In this document: positions 41,987 through 52,052 of the stretch, piece after piece
Layout of the letters: each line of letters opens with the position of its first letter
How positions within the stretch are numbered: position 1 is the stretch's first letter
DNA from: Parachlamydiales bacterium
GTDB lineage: Bacteria; Chlamydiota; Chlamydiia; Chlamydiales; SM23-39
Assembly: GCA_015661075.1 (NCBI GenBank)
Contig: JACVQJ010000001.1
Location: 81,347-145,346, forward strand
Direction: 5' to 3'
DNA length: 64,000 nucleotides
The notes under the pieces: generated by a model
Told to the model about the DNA's origin: nothing
The model's database searches: none
The model's input: only the letters and a program-made list of their open reading frames with translations
Program-made: the position numbers and the translations under genes

Positions 41987-44782
41987 TTGAGCGAATATCA
42001 CAGTAAATATTGGGCTTTCTCTTTATCTATTAAAAGCGCATCAGACAAGATCGAGAATCTTTCTCGCTCGATCGCCAATGCGAGCGTTGATCTCAATCCA
42101 CACCAAGTAAGGGCGGCCCTTTTCGCTCTCCAGTCACCTTTCCCCTTGTCTCGCGGAGTTATCCTCGCTGATGAAGTCGGCTTGGGCAAAACGATTGAAG
42201 CAGGGCTCGTCATCGCTCAACGATGGGCTGAAAAGAAACGCAAAATCCTTCTCATCGTCCCAGCCTTTCTTAGAAAGCAGTGGGAAATTGAACTACGAGA
42301 AAAATTTTACCTCACTTCTCGCATCTTAGATTCTAAAACAGCGCCTAAAAACAACCCCTTTGATAGCTCAGATGAAATCTTGATCTGCTCATATCAGTTC
42401 GCAGCTCAAAGAGCCGGTCAGTTGCCCAACCGATGGGATCTTGTCGTGATCGACGAAGCCCACCGCATGCGCAACGTTTACAAAAACTCGAATAAACAAG
42501 CCAAAGCCATTGCGGAAGCGCTTAAAGAAGCGCCTAAACTTCTTCTCACAGCCACCCCGCTCCAAAATAACCTCATGGAGCTTTACGGCCTCGTAAGCGT
42601 AATCGACCCCTACGTGTTCGGCGATGAAGCCACCTTCAAAGATCAATTCGTATCCAGAGATTTAGATGAACAGAAAAGCGCCATTCTAAAAAAGCGCCTT
42701 GAGCCTCTGATCATCCGTACCCTCCGAAAACAAGTTCAAGAATATATTCCCTTTACCAAGAGAATCCCCCTCACTCATAAGTTCATTCCGACAGATGACG
42801 AGCAACATCTGTACGAAGCCGTTTCAGCCTACCTACAAAGAAAGGATCTTGCTGCGCTTCCCAACAGTCAACGCCAGCTTATTACTCTTGTGCTGCGAAG
42901 GCTCCTTGCCTCTTCATCATTCGCCATCACAGAAACCTTGAAATCTATGATCCGCCGCCTCGAACGAGACGCGGGACCCTCCCATATTTTGGAAGAAATG
43001 GACCAAGAAATGATCGATTCCCTTGATGAAGAGGTGAGAGAACGGTTGATTGAATCCCTGCCTGATCAAGAAATGAACGCAAAAAAAGAGAAGATGCGAG
43101 AGGAGGCTCAGGAACTTAGATCTTATGTGGAGCTGGCTGAAAAAATCCGGAAAAACACAAAAGGTGAAACCCTCCTGATCGCTTTAGAAGAAGGCCTCAA
43201 AAAAGCCATCGAACTAGGAGCTGCTGGAAAAGCCGTTATTTTTACTGAATCAAGGAGAACTCAAGCTTATCTCTATGAACATCTTTCTGCAAATGGCTAC
43301 CAAGATCAAATCATCCAAATCAATGGATCAAACTCCGACGCAAAATCAAAAGCCATTTACGAAACTTGGATGAAAAAAGAGGCTAATTCCTTCCGAGCCA
43401 CCTCTAAATCAGTTGATATGAAAGCTGCTCTCGTCGACGCGTTCCGTGAACAAGGAACCATCCTTCTTGCCACTGAAGCCGCAGCAGAGGGCTTAAATCT
43501 TCAGTTTTGTTCGATCGTCGTCAATTACGACCTTCCCTGGAATCCACAACGAGTCGAACAAAGAATCGGCCGTTGTCATCGCTATGGACAAAAACATGAC
43601 GTCGTCGTCGTCAACTTCGTCAATATGGCCAACGAGGCTGATCAACGCGTCTTCGAACTCTTGAACGAAAAATTCAAACTCTTCGATGGCGTATTTGGCG
43701 CAAGCGATGAAATCCTTGGCGCGATTGTATCAGGAGTCGACATCGAACTTCGCATCCACCAGGTTTATCAAACATGCCGCTCTCCCGCCGAAATCCAGGA
43801 AGCATTCGACCGTCTTCGCCAAGAACTCGAAACGCAAATCCAGGAAAACATCCAGCAAACAAAAACGCATCTCCTCGATCACTTTGACCAAGACGTCGCC
43901 GACCTGCTGAAACTGCGAAACTCGCAAACCGAATCAACGCTTTCAAAGCGAGATCAATGGCTTTTATCCCTCCTATCACATGAGTTCGGCGTTCCCTTGC
44001 CTAAAAGCCCCGCACCATTTGCCCTGCCAGGGTCGACTCACCTTTACACGCTCAATTGGCAAGAAGCGCAAAAAACAGGCGCCCGTTTCTTACGCGAAGA
44101 CGATTTCATTATCGAATCTTCCCTTCAAAAAGCACTGAGCCATCAAACGCCACCCGCTGAACTTTGCTTTGATTACACGAAATACCCCAGTAAACTTTCC
44201 TTAATCGATCCCCTTGTTGGAAAAACAGGCTGGCTCGGCCTTTGGCTCTTTCAAGTAAAGACCTTTGAAGAAGAGCAATTCTTGCTATTCGCCGGTTACA
44301 CAGATGATAGCATTTCTCTCGACCACGAAACCTGTGAAAAACTATTCAATCTGTCTGCTAAAGCCCAACCGACTCATCTATCCCCGCCTTCCCTCGAATC
44401 GCTCCTTGCCGACAAACAAAAATCCCTCGTCTCCGACATCGAAAAAAGAGCTGGTACTCTCTTCGGAAAGGAGGTCGAAAAGCTCGATGATTGGGCAGAC
44501 GATTTCAAGGAAAGACTCGAGAAAGAAATTAAGACTCTCGATAAAGAAATCCGCGAGAAGAGGAAAGAGGCATCAAAAGCCCCAACTCTCGCAGAAAAGC
44601 TCCAAATCCAACAAACCATCAGGAATCTGGAAAAACAACGCGCCAAGAAACGCCACACGCTATTCGAAGAAGAAGATCGCATCGATGCCGAGCGCGATCA
44701 TGTGATACTGACCCACTCCCAATCCCTTCAGCCTCAACTCAGCACAACCCCCCTATTCCAGGTCCGGTTCAAAATCATATGA
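41987..44782 (+). CDS. SNF2-family helicase/ATPase
   Basis: LADEVGLGKT, DEAH, TATPLQN, NYDLPWNPQRVEQRIGRCHRYGQ; C-terminal coiled coil. Confidence 0.93.
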   Translation: MSEYHSKYWAFSLSIKSASDKIENLSRSIANASVDLNPHQVRAALFALQSPFPLSRGVILADEVGLGKTIEAGLVIAQRWAEKKRKILLIVPAFLRKQWEIELREKFYLTSRILDSKTAPKNNPFDSSDEILICSYQFAAQRAGQLPNRWDLVVIDEAHRMRNVYKNSNKQAKAIAEALKEAPKLLLTATPLQNNLMELYGLVSVIDPYVFGDEATFKDQFVSRDLDEQKSAILKKRLEPLIIRTLRKQVQEYIPFTKRIPLTHKFIPTDDEQHLYEAVSAYLQRKDLAALPNSQRQLITLVLRRLLASSSFAITETLKSMIRRLERDAGPSHILEEMDQEMIDSLDEEVRERLIESLPDQEMNAKKEKMREEAQELRSYVELAEKIRKNTKGETLLIALEEGLKKAIELGAAGKAVIFTESRRTQAYLYEHLSANGYQDQIIQINGSNSDAKSKAIYETWMKKEANSFRATSKSVDMKAALVDAFREQGTILLATEAAAEGLNLQFCSIVVNYDLPWNPQRVEQRIGRCHRYGQKHDVVVVNFVNMANEADQRVFELLNEKFKLFDGVFGASDEILGAIVSGVDIELRIHQVYQTCRSPAEIQEAFDRLRQELETQIQENIQQTKTHLLDHFDQDVADLLKLRNSQTESTLSKRDQWLLSLLSHEFGVPLPKSPAPFALPGSTHLYTLNWQEAQKTGARFLREDDFIIESSLQKALSHQTPPAELCFDYTKYPSKLSLIDPLVGKTGWLGLWLFQVKTFEEEQFLLFAGYTDDSISLDHETCEKLFNLSAKAQPTHLSPPSLESLLADKQKSLVSDIEKRAGTLFGKEVEKLDDWADDFKERLEKEIKTLDKEIREKRKEASKAPTLAEKLQIQQTIRNLEKQRAKKRHTLFEEEDRIDAERDHVILTHSQSLQPQLSTTPLFQVRFKII

Positions 44783-46419
44783 GGAAAGAGATGAAAAAAT
44801 CGCAAAAGTTAGAACTCACTTGGCCTGGCAAAGAAGATTGGGAGAAGCCGGAGCCGAGGCTGTTGTTGGAGAAAAGCTCTTACGGGACAAAGAAGGGCGC
44901 CGAAGAGAATTTGCTGATATACGGCGATAACCTATTAGGGCTGAAAGCACTTGAGAGAGATTATACTGGAAAAGTGAAGTGCGTTTGTATCGATCCGCCC
45001 TATAACACGAAAAGCTGCTTTACCCACTACGACGACTCAATGGAACATTCCATGTGGCTCAATATGATGAAAGAGCGACTTATTATTTTAAGACGACTTC
45101 TGAGAGAGGATGGGTCGATTTGGATCAATATTGATGACGGAGAGTGTCACTATTTGAAGGCATTATGCGATGAAATTTTTGGCAGAAGAAACTATATTGG
45201 CTCACTTATTTGGAAAAAAAGAAAAGGTGGAGGCAATGATTCTTCATTCTTTTCAACTGATCACGAATACGTTCTTTCCTACGTAAAGAACTCTGATAAA
45301 AAAATTCACTCAAAAAAATGGCGAACCCCTCATGAAGATAAAAACTTAAAACGCTATAAAGAAACAAACCATGACGGAAGATTATTTTATTGGGATACTT
45401 TAAATCGACAGGGATTAAAAAACCCAATCCCTATCGAACTAAAAGCTCCAGACGGGAAAATACTTAAAATACTATCTCAAAGATCTAGATACACTGTATT
45501 ATCTGAGATTAAATCAGGGGATATTCGTTTTTCAAAAACAAGTAATGGATGGAGTTTGCATCGAAAAGTTTTTCTGAATAGAGAAGGTCAAGTTCTTCGA
45601 TCTATTCTGTCTGTGGGCACTAATAGCGATGCCAAAGAGGAATTAAAAAAACTTATAAGCAAAACTCACGATTTTGAATATCCAAAACCAGAATCTTTGA
45701 TACACCAAATACTTCTCCTGACTACCACCCCAGGCGACCTCGTCCTCGACTGCTTTGCTGGCTCTGGGACGACCGGAGCAGTCGCCCACAAAATGAAGCG
45801 CCGCTGGATCATGGTCGAATTCAATGGCCCCTGCCACTCTCATATCATTCCCCGCTTGCAAAAAGTCGTCGACGGCGTAGATTTGGGCGGCATTACCGAG
45901 TCCGTAAATTGGAAAGGCGGAGGTGGCTTCCGTTACTGCGAATTAGCCCCCTCACTTTTAGAGAAAAACAAATTCAATCGATGGATGATTAGCAAAAAAT
46001 ATAACCCTGTCATGCTCATCGAGGCGATGTGTTTGCATGCGGGATACACCTTTAATCCAAAAAGAGAGCCTTGGTGGATGCACGGACAATCGACCGAAGA
46101 CGATTTCATATTCGTTACGGGTGCTACCCTAACCCGTACTCAATTACTGCAAATGAGCCAAGAGCTTGAGGACACCCAGTCTCTGCTCGTCTACTGTGGT
46201 GCCTTCAAAGCCGATCCAAAAGAATTTGAAAATCTCACCATAAAAAAAATCCCCAAATCAATCCTCAACAAATGCGAATGGGGCAGAGATGATTACAGCC
46301 TTAAAATCGCTCTTCAAGAGGAAGCAAAACAAGCAAATAAGAAAAAGCCTAAAAAACAACAAGCGACATCCAGCGATATTATCCGCATGCCTTTGGCTGC
46401 TCAGGGAGTTCGATCATGA
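44779..46419 (+). CDS. mod: Type III R-M adenine methyltransferase (Mod-like, beta class)
   Basis: GDNL, IDPPY, YPKPE, DCFAGSGTT. Confidence 0.9.
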   Translation: MRKEMKKSQKLELTWPGKEDWEKPEPRLLLEKSSYGTKKGAEENLLIYGDNLLGLKALERDYTGKVKCVCIDPPYNTKSCFTHYDDSMEHSMWLNMMKERLIILRRLLREDGSIWINIDDGECHYLKALCDEIFGRRNYIGSLIWKKRKGGGNDSSFFSTDHEYVLSYVKNSDKKIHSKKWRTPHEDKNLKRYKETNHDGRLFYWDTLNRQGLKNPIPIELKAPDGKILKILSQRSRYTVLSEIKSGDIRFSKTSNGWSLHRKVFLNREGQVLRSILSVGTNSDAKEELKKLISKTHDFEYPKPESLIHQILLLTTTPGDLVLDCFAGSGTTGAVAHKMKRRWIMVEFNGPCHSHIIPRLQKVVDGVDLGGITESVNWKGGGGFRYCELAPSLLEKNKFNRWMISKKYNPVMLIEAMCLHAGYTFNPKREPWWMHGQSTEDDFIFVTGATLTRTQLLQMSQELEDTQSLLVYCGAFKADPKEFENLTIKKIPKSILNKCEWGRDDYSLKIALQEEAKQANKKKPKKQQATSSDIIRMPLAAQGVRS

Positions 46420-48902
46420 ATACGATTAGAAAACAAATCAAAGACCGGATGAGTCTGCGGAAGCCGCAGGAAGCTTCGCTCGAATGCTTGGAACGCCTTG
46501 TCGAACTGATTCCGATGAACCCCGACAAGTGTGACCTTCAGCCGATCGAAGAACTCGTCAGACAGGCATTCCCCGAATTTGAGGCATTCGAAAGAAACTT
46601 TCCCAATGTTTGCTTTGCTTTAGCAACGGGGGTTGGAAAAACCCGCTTGATGGGAGCGATGATCGCATATTTAGCGGAAGCTAAAGGAATTCGCAATTTT
46701 GTCGTGTTAGCTCCGAATACTACGATCACGGAAAAATTAGAGCGTGAATTCCAGGCAAAAGACCCTAAATATATTTTTAAGGGACTCCCTGAGTTTGCGA
46801 ATCGAACTCCCCGGATTATAACCGGCGAAAATTACGAGGACATGTCATCCCTTCTCGCAAGGCCCGGCTCAGATGATTTTAATCCTGAGTCGATCACCGT
46901 CAGCATCTTCAACATCGCGCTGTTACATACCAAAGAGCGTAAAATACGACGTCCCAATGAAAAAATCGATAATTCTTTGAGCCCTTTTGATTATCTCGCA
47001 TCTCGGAAGGATTTGGTTGTTTTCATGGACGAAGCTCATCATTGTCGAGCCAAGGCGGGAGCAAGGACGATTGAAGAATTAAATCCCATTTTAGGAATCG
47101 AGCTAACTGCCACGCCACAAACTCAATCAAGCAAAAGCGAAATCCCTTTCCGGAACATCGTCTATCGGTTTACGTTGCCAGAGGCGCTCAAAGCTGAATA
47201 CCTGAAAAGATTGGGCATTGGGGGGCGCTCGGATTTCGATTGCTCGACTTTCTCCGACGAACGTCTGGAAAGATTGAAATTAGAAGACGGGTTGACCGTT
47301 CATCGCAATTTACAGGCTGAGCTTTGGAACTACACAAGCCAAAGAAATATTAAATCCGTTAAACCATTCGTGCTTGTGATTGCAAGGGATACAGCCCATG
47401 CCAACCAAATTGAAGAACTCATCAAAAGTCCAGTGTTTCTGGGTGGGCGCTATGCGAATAAAGTCCTAACCGTGCATTCGCAGCAAAGCGGCGAGGAAAA
47501 AGAAGAAACTGTTCGCCAGCTTCTTGCAGTCGAGTCACCTGAAAACCCGATTGAAATCGTCATTCACGTCAATATGCTTCGAGAGGGCTGGGATGTAACC
47601 AATCTCTACACAATTATCCCTTTGCGAAGAGCCAAATCTTTGACACTTATTGAACAATCACTGGGCCGAGGAGCGAGGCTCCCTTTCGGAAAACGGACAG
47701 GGGTCGACCTCATCGATAGACTATATGTTGTCTACCATGAAAACTTCCAAAAAGTTGTATCTGAAGCGGACAAATATCTCGAAGTGATGGAAAAAATAGA
47801 AATAGGCAAGTTTCCTCCTGAACCGCCTCAACCGGTTGTTGTTCATCCTGTTGGAACTCACATTATCCCTGAACCTCCCTTGAAGCCCACAGAGAATCCA
47901 CAGGAATACGAAGGATCTCCTGTCACCTCACCTCCGGAACCAGTTACGGAAGAAATGCCCCCTTTGCAACATCTCAAGATACCTCGGATTATCATTCAGC
48001 CTGATCCAAACGCAAAACAAGATAGATTTCGCTCCTTCACGCTCAATCTCCAAGGGTTCGGCCCTCAGCCGGTTGATACCCCAATCGTATTCATAGATCC
48101 TACTTCTAAAGAAAAAACAAAATTCCACTCTAGAATCTCCTCACATATCGAACAAAAACCAGAGGAGGTGATCATGAACAATTTACTCGACTACAATGGG
48201 GTGGCCGATACGGAAGAAAACGGACATGTAGCTTCCGAATTAGCAATACAGATGGTCCAGCACCTGCGCTCCTATCTTATTGAAGATATGGTAAAGCTTG
48301 TCGTCCATCAACACAGGTCGGCAATCACTGATGAAATTTACAGACAAATGCGAGAAAATGATGAGCCTGGCGAGGAAAAATGGATTCATTCAATCGGCAA
48401 GGGATTTTTAACATTTGGAAGTGCCTCTTACCTAATTGCCGCCGACCAAGGGCCGGAACATTATAGAGAACCTCTTAATGTGAGAAAAATTGAATCAATT
48501 CTTTGGTCTGGATTCCAAAAATCCCTCTATCCAATGATGAAATTTCACTCTGACGCCGAGCGGCAATTCGCCATTATGCTTGAATCTGATGAATCAGTAA
48601 TTTCTTGGGTTAAACCACCTAAGGGAAAATTTTGGATTTACTACCGAAAGGATACTCCCTACGAGCCTGATTTTGTCGTCGAGACTCGAAATGGGAAATA
48701 TCTTTGCGAAGTGAAAGATCGAACCAAAATCGAGGACGCGATCGTTAAAGAAAAAGCAAAGGCGGCTGTTTATTGGTGCCAAGCGGCAAACGAATGCACG
48801 GACAAAGAATGGAAATATCTCTTGATTCCAGATAATGCGATTACCATGGCTACGACTTTTGCAGCCTATGCCAGCCGACATGAATGGAGGGTTCGGTCAT
48901 GA
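46416..48902 (+). CDS. res: Type III R-M restriction subunit (SF2 helicase plus C-terminal PD-(D/E)XK nuclease)
   Basis: ATGVGKT, DEAH, TAT, LREGWD, QSLGRGAR, YEPDFVVE...EVK. Confidence 0.88.
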   Translation: MNTIRKQIKDRMSLRKPQEASLECLERLVELIPMNPDKCDLQPIEELVRQAFPEFEAFERNFPNVCFALATGVGKTRLMGAMIAYLAEAKGIRNFVVLAPNTTITEKLEREFQAKDPKYIFKGLPEFANRTPRIITGENYEDMSSLLARPGSDDFNPESITVSIFNIALLHTKERKIRRPNEKIDNSLSPFDYLASRKDLVVFMDEAHHCRAKAGARTIEELNPILGIELTATPQTQSSKSEIPFRNIVYRFTLPEALKAEYLKRLGIGGRSDFDCSTFSDERLERLKLEDGLTVHRNLQAELWNYTSQRNIKSVKPFVLVIARDTAHANQIEELIKSPVFLGGRYANKVLTVHSQQSGEEKEETVRQLLAVESPENPIEIVIHVNMLREGWDVTNLYTIIPLRRAKSLTLIEQSLGRGARLPFGKRTGVDLIDRLYVVYHENFQKVVSEADKYLEVMEKIEIGKFPPEPPQPVVVHPVGTHIIPEPPLKPTENPQEYEGSPVTSPPEPVTEEMPPLQHLKIPRIIIQPDPNAKQDRFRSFTLNLQGFGPQPVDTPIVFIDPTSKEKTKFHSRISSHIEQKPEEVIMNNLLDYNGVADTEENGHVASELAIQMVQHLRSYLIEDMVKLVVHQHRSAITDEIYRQMRENDEPGEEKWIHSIGKGFLTFGSASYLIAADQGPEHYREPLNVRKIESILWSGFQKSLYPMMKFHSDAERQFAIMLESDESVISWVKPPKGKFWIYYRKDTPYEPDFVVETRNGKYLCEVKDRTKIEDAIVKEKAKAAVYWCQAANECTDKEWKYLLIPDNAITMATTFAAYASRHEWRVRS

Positions 48903-49648
48903 AACCTTCTAAAGAGTCTAAGCCTGAAAAAAAATTGAAACTCAGCCGAACCAAGATCGAACTCTTTTGCGAATGCCCCCGTTGTTTCATTCTCGATCGA
49001 AAGTTCGGCATTACACGACCTGGCGGACCTCCCTTCACGCTCAATAACGCGATCGACGCCCTGTGGAAAAAGGAATTCGACCGCTATCGAATCGAACAAA
49101 AACCCCACCCTATCCTACTCCAAAACGGCTTCGATATTATCCCATTTAGGCATGAAAGCATCGACGATTGGAGAAATAATCGTCGAGGGGTCCAATTCCT
49201 GCATGAGCCTACCCAGTTTCTGGTCTACGGCGCCCCGGACGAGATTTGTATCAATGGAGACGAAGAACTCGTTGTCGTCGACGTGAAAGCTACCAGCAAG
49301 GCAACTGAGATCAATCTCGATGCTGATTGGCAAATCAGCTACAAGCGGCAAATGGAGATCTATCAATGGCTCCTTCGGCAAAATGGCTTTAAGGTCTCTA
49401 AGCGAGGCTATTTTGTCTACTGCAATGGAAAAAAGGATGAAAGCTCTTCTGGCTGCTCTCTAGCATTTGATGTTTCTGTGCTTCCATACGATGGCAACGA
49501 CTCCTGGATCGAGCCAAAAATCCTTGAAATCAAGAGCCTTATGGATACAGAACTACTTCCTGATGCAACGACCGGATGCAAGTTCTGCCATTACACCCAA
49601 GTTGCTTCTCAGTTTAGTCCAGGTAACTCGCAGAAAATCAACGCCTAA
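48899..49648 (+). CDS. PD-(D/E)XK nuclease with Cas4/AddB-like Cys arrangement
   Basis: CPRCF, GAPDE, VVDVK, QMEIY, CKFC; GGAGG RBS and ATGA overlap with res. Confidence 0.82.
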   Translation: MKPSKESKPEKKLKLSRTKIELFCECPRCFILDRKFGITRPGGPPFTLNNAIDALWKKEFDRYRIEQKPHPILLQNGFDIIPFRHESIDDWRNNRRGVQFLHEPTQFLVYGAPDEICINGDEELVVVDVKATSKATEINLDADWQISYKRQMEIYQWLLRQNGFKVSKRGYFVYCNGKKDESSSGCSLAFDVSVLPYDGNDSWIEPKILEIKSLMDTELLPDATTGCKFCHYTQVASQFSPGNSQKINA

Positions 49649-49719
49649 GATACAATCCGCATTGGATGCACCGGTCAAAACCAGGTGATTTCCCTAATGA
49701 TTTCGATATAAGGGGGAAC

Positions 49720-50286
49720 ATGGGAAAGTGGTGGCGTTATTGGAGGAACAAAGGGCACAAGGCCAAGAGCAGAGTCGAACATTACCAGTGCCTCGATTGC
49801 TCGCAATGCTACGATAAGAGGAAATATCCATTTGAAGAGGGCGAGGATGCCTGGTTTCATGGATGGCATCTGAATCTTTTCCCCTCTCATGCTCTAGCCA
49901 CATTCTCAAGCCAGGAGAAACAATTCCGCTATCCGATTCCGGTGGTTGCAACCAATTGCCATTACGGGGGACAGCGCCATTGGTTTTTGTGCCCCCTCCC
50001 CTCCTGCAAGCGTCGCAGCAAAAAGCTTTACCTCTATACCGAGGGTCTTTTTCTTTGCAGGAAATGCCTAAAACTCGCCTATTCCACTCAGAATCGCTCA
50101 GACACTGATCGAATCATAGGTAAAAAATGGGCTTTGATTCGAAAATACGGAGGCGATTCCGAATGGGACATTAAGAGACCCAAGGGAATGCATCAAAAAA
50201 CGTTCGATCGAATACGAGATAAAATCTGGCGACTGGAGGAACTGGCCATGCAGAAAATCGGAGAGGCTTTCGGTAAATTTTCGTGA
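49720..50286 (+). CDS. Zinc-ribbon hypothetical protein typical of integrative elements
   Basis: HYGGQRHWFLCP..C.RR..KLY...FLCRKC.KLAYSTQ, RPKGMH. Confidence 0.65.
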   Translation: MGKWWRYWRNKGHKAKSRVEHYQCLDCSQCYDKRKYPFEEGEDAWFHGWHLNLFPSHALATFSSQEKQFRYPIPVVATNCHYGGQRHWFLCPLPSCKRRSKKLYLYTEGLFLCRKCLKLAYSTQNRSDTDRIIGKKWALIRKYGGDSEWDIKRPKGMHQKTFDRIRDKIWRLEELAMQKIGEAFGKFS

Positions 50287-50457
50287 ATGTAGGTTCCTTC
50301 ATCTATCGTTGTGTGCATCGTGGTGTTTGTCGCATTGAATTCAAAATCAGCTCTTTAAGCGGCCTGCACACGATACTCACCTTACACATGGCTTCAGCTT
50401 CCTTGAAAGCAATGCGAGCCCGGGTCTATACTCTTCAAGTGAAAATCAGAGGATCGA

Positions 50458-50768
50458 TTGTTAGAAGAGCTACTGGCAAAATCTGAAAGCAAGCCGCTTG
50501 AATTCAAAGAAAACGCCCATACCCTTTCCAAAATCGTCCAAACGATAATCGCCTTTGCCAACACTGCTGGCGCACTCTCGTTATTGGAATCCAGGATAAG
50601 AGCAAAAACGTCATCGGCATTGAGAATATCCTACAAGACGAGGAATGCATCGCGAACGCCATGACCAAACTCGGCAAGCCCGACGAGATCAATCAGCTAT
50701 TTACGGGATTCCAAAAATATCTCTATACAAACCGTGGTTTCGGCTCTCAGACACATGATAGGTCATAG
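50458..50768 (+). pseudogene. Frameshifted, truncated AlbA_2/Schlafen-domain fragment
   Basis: ESKPLEFKE...IIAFANTAG, then after a 1-nt frameshift TLVIGIQD...VIGI; truncated. Confidence 0.75.
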
Positions 50769-50838
50769 CAAATATAGAAAATATTTTGTATAGAAGGTTT
50801 TGGCTGGAACTTGTTATCCTCTCTGCAGGAGTTGGTTG

Positions 50839-51579
50839 ATGTCTGAGCATAGTTCTTATCCTAATCCTCCCATTGTCGAAGCGATTTTTGATGTCCAAAT
50901 GGAATTGCCACAAGACGTTGGGATTGCAGAACTTGAAACATTTGGTAAAACTGTCGCTTCTGACTATCCGGAAAAAAAAACACGACGCAAGTTTGCCAGC
51001 AAATTTGAGATCAAGGATGAAGAGCCCTCTGCCGAAGCTTTTAATCTAGGCATAGCAGGGATTCTTAATTGGTCACCTGATCATAGGCAGGCGCTGCAGG
51101 TTCGTTTAGACGGATTCAGCTTTTCGCGATTAAAGCCCTATGAGAAATGGGATGTACACTTTACGGAGTTCCTAAAATGTTTAAGGCTATACTGTGAGCA
51201 CATTTCTCCGATCCAAATCAAACGGGTTGCAACTAGATTCATCAACGTCATCGAACTTCCCCGTGAAAATCTGAATTGGGGGGAATATTTTATCAATGCT
51301 GCAAGAACTCCAATTCCCGATGCTGTAGCGACTAACTTCTTTGATCGCGTTGAGTTCACATTTCCCTCATCAAGCGTTAAGGCCTCCGTTACACATGCCA
51401 TGATGCAGTCAAATGACCCGCTTAAATTGCCCGTAGTTCTAGACATCGAGACATTTGTGGATATGAACAATAAACCTGATCTCATAATGATTGAAAAGCT
51501 ATTCCAAAATTTGAGAGAAACGAAAAATCAAATTTTCCAAAATAGTTTGACTGATAAAACGAAGGGGTTATTTAAATGA
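50839..51579 (+). CDS. TIGR04255-family protein
   Basis: YPNPPIVEAIFDV, FSFSRLKPYEKW, KRVATRFINVI, VLDIE, KNQIF; AGGAG RBS. Confidence 0.85.
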   Translation: MSEHSSYPNPPIVEAIFDVQMELPQDVGIAELETFGKTVASDYPEKKTRRKFASKFEIKDEEPSAEAFNLGIAGILNWSPDHRQALQVRLDGFSFSRLKPYEKWDVHFTEFLKCLRLYCEHISPIQIKRVATRFINVIELPRENLNWGEYFINAARTPIPDAVATNFFDRVEFTFPSSSVKASVTHAMMQSNDPLKLPVVLDIETFVDMNNKPDLIMIEKLFQNLRETKNQIFQNSLTDKTKGLFK

Positions 51580-52052
51580 GCCTTTTTCCGTTCTCAACTT
51601 CACAATATGCATCAGGGGTAAGTTCTACTTCTTATGATTTGGATGTGTGCGTGCAGCAACTCCGTAACCATGCTGAAGATGCAGTGCTTTTTGGATGGAA
51701 AACTCTCCTTCGTCATGATTTAATGACTGCTTATCAAGATTGTTGTGAAGAAGGATGGAATGGCTATGATGCAGAGCCTATTACCAAACAAACAATTCTT
51801 GCAGGAGAAACATTGCTGGAACTGCTCCCGGACAATGTAATGCCACCGGAAGTGTTACCGGAACCAACGGGAAAAATTAGCTTCGCATGGCGTAACGCTG
51901 CCGGAGCCACCCTTGTAATAGCTGTAGATTCTAACTCCATAGCCTTCGCAGAATTGATTGGCTCCAAGAAACGATATGGAGAAGCAAAATTTTTATCTGC
52001 GCTACCGGATGACATGAAGAAACCGCTTCTGGACTATTTTGGATGGACCTAA
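51576..52052 (+). CDS. Hypothetical protein coupled to the TIGR04255 gene
   Basis: GWNGYDAEPI, P.PEVLPEPTG.ISFAW; ATGA overlap. Confidence 0.75.
   Translation: MSLFPFSTSQYASGVSSTSYDLDVCVQQLRNHAEDAVLFGWKTLLRHDLMTAYQDCCEEGWNGYDAEPITKQTILAGETLLELLPDNVMPPEVLPEPTGKISFAWRNAAGATLVIAVDSNSIAFAELIGSKKRYGEAKFLSALPDDMKKPLLDYFGWT

Noticed and set aside
44779-46419. Phase-variable mod (phasevarion)
   Set aside because: No long simple-sequence repeat tract; only short A runs
48899-49648. Cas4 as evidence of a CRISPR-Cas locus
   Set aside because: Solo PD-(D/E)XK nuclease coupled to res; no array or other cas genes seen
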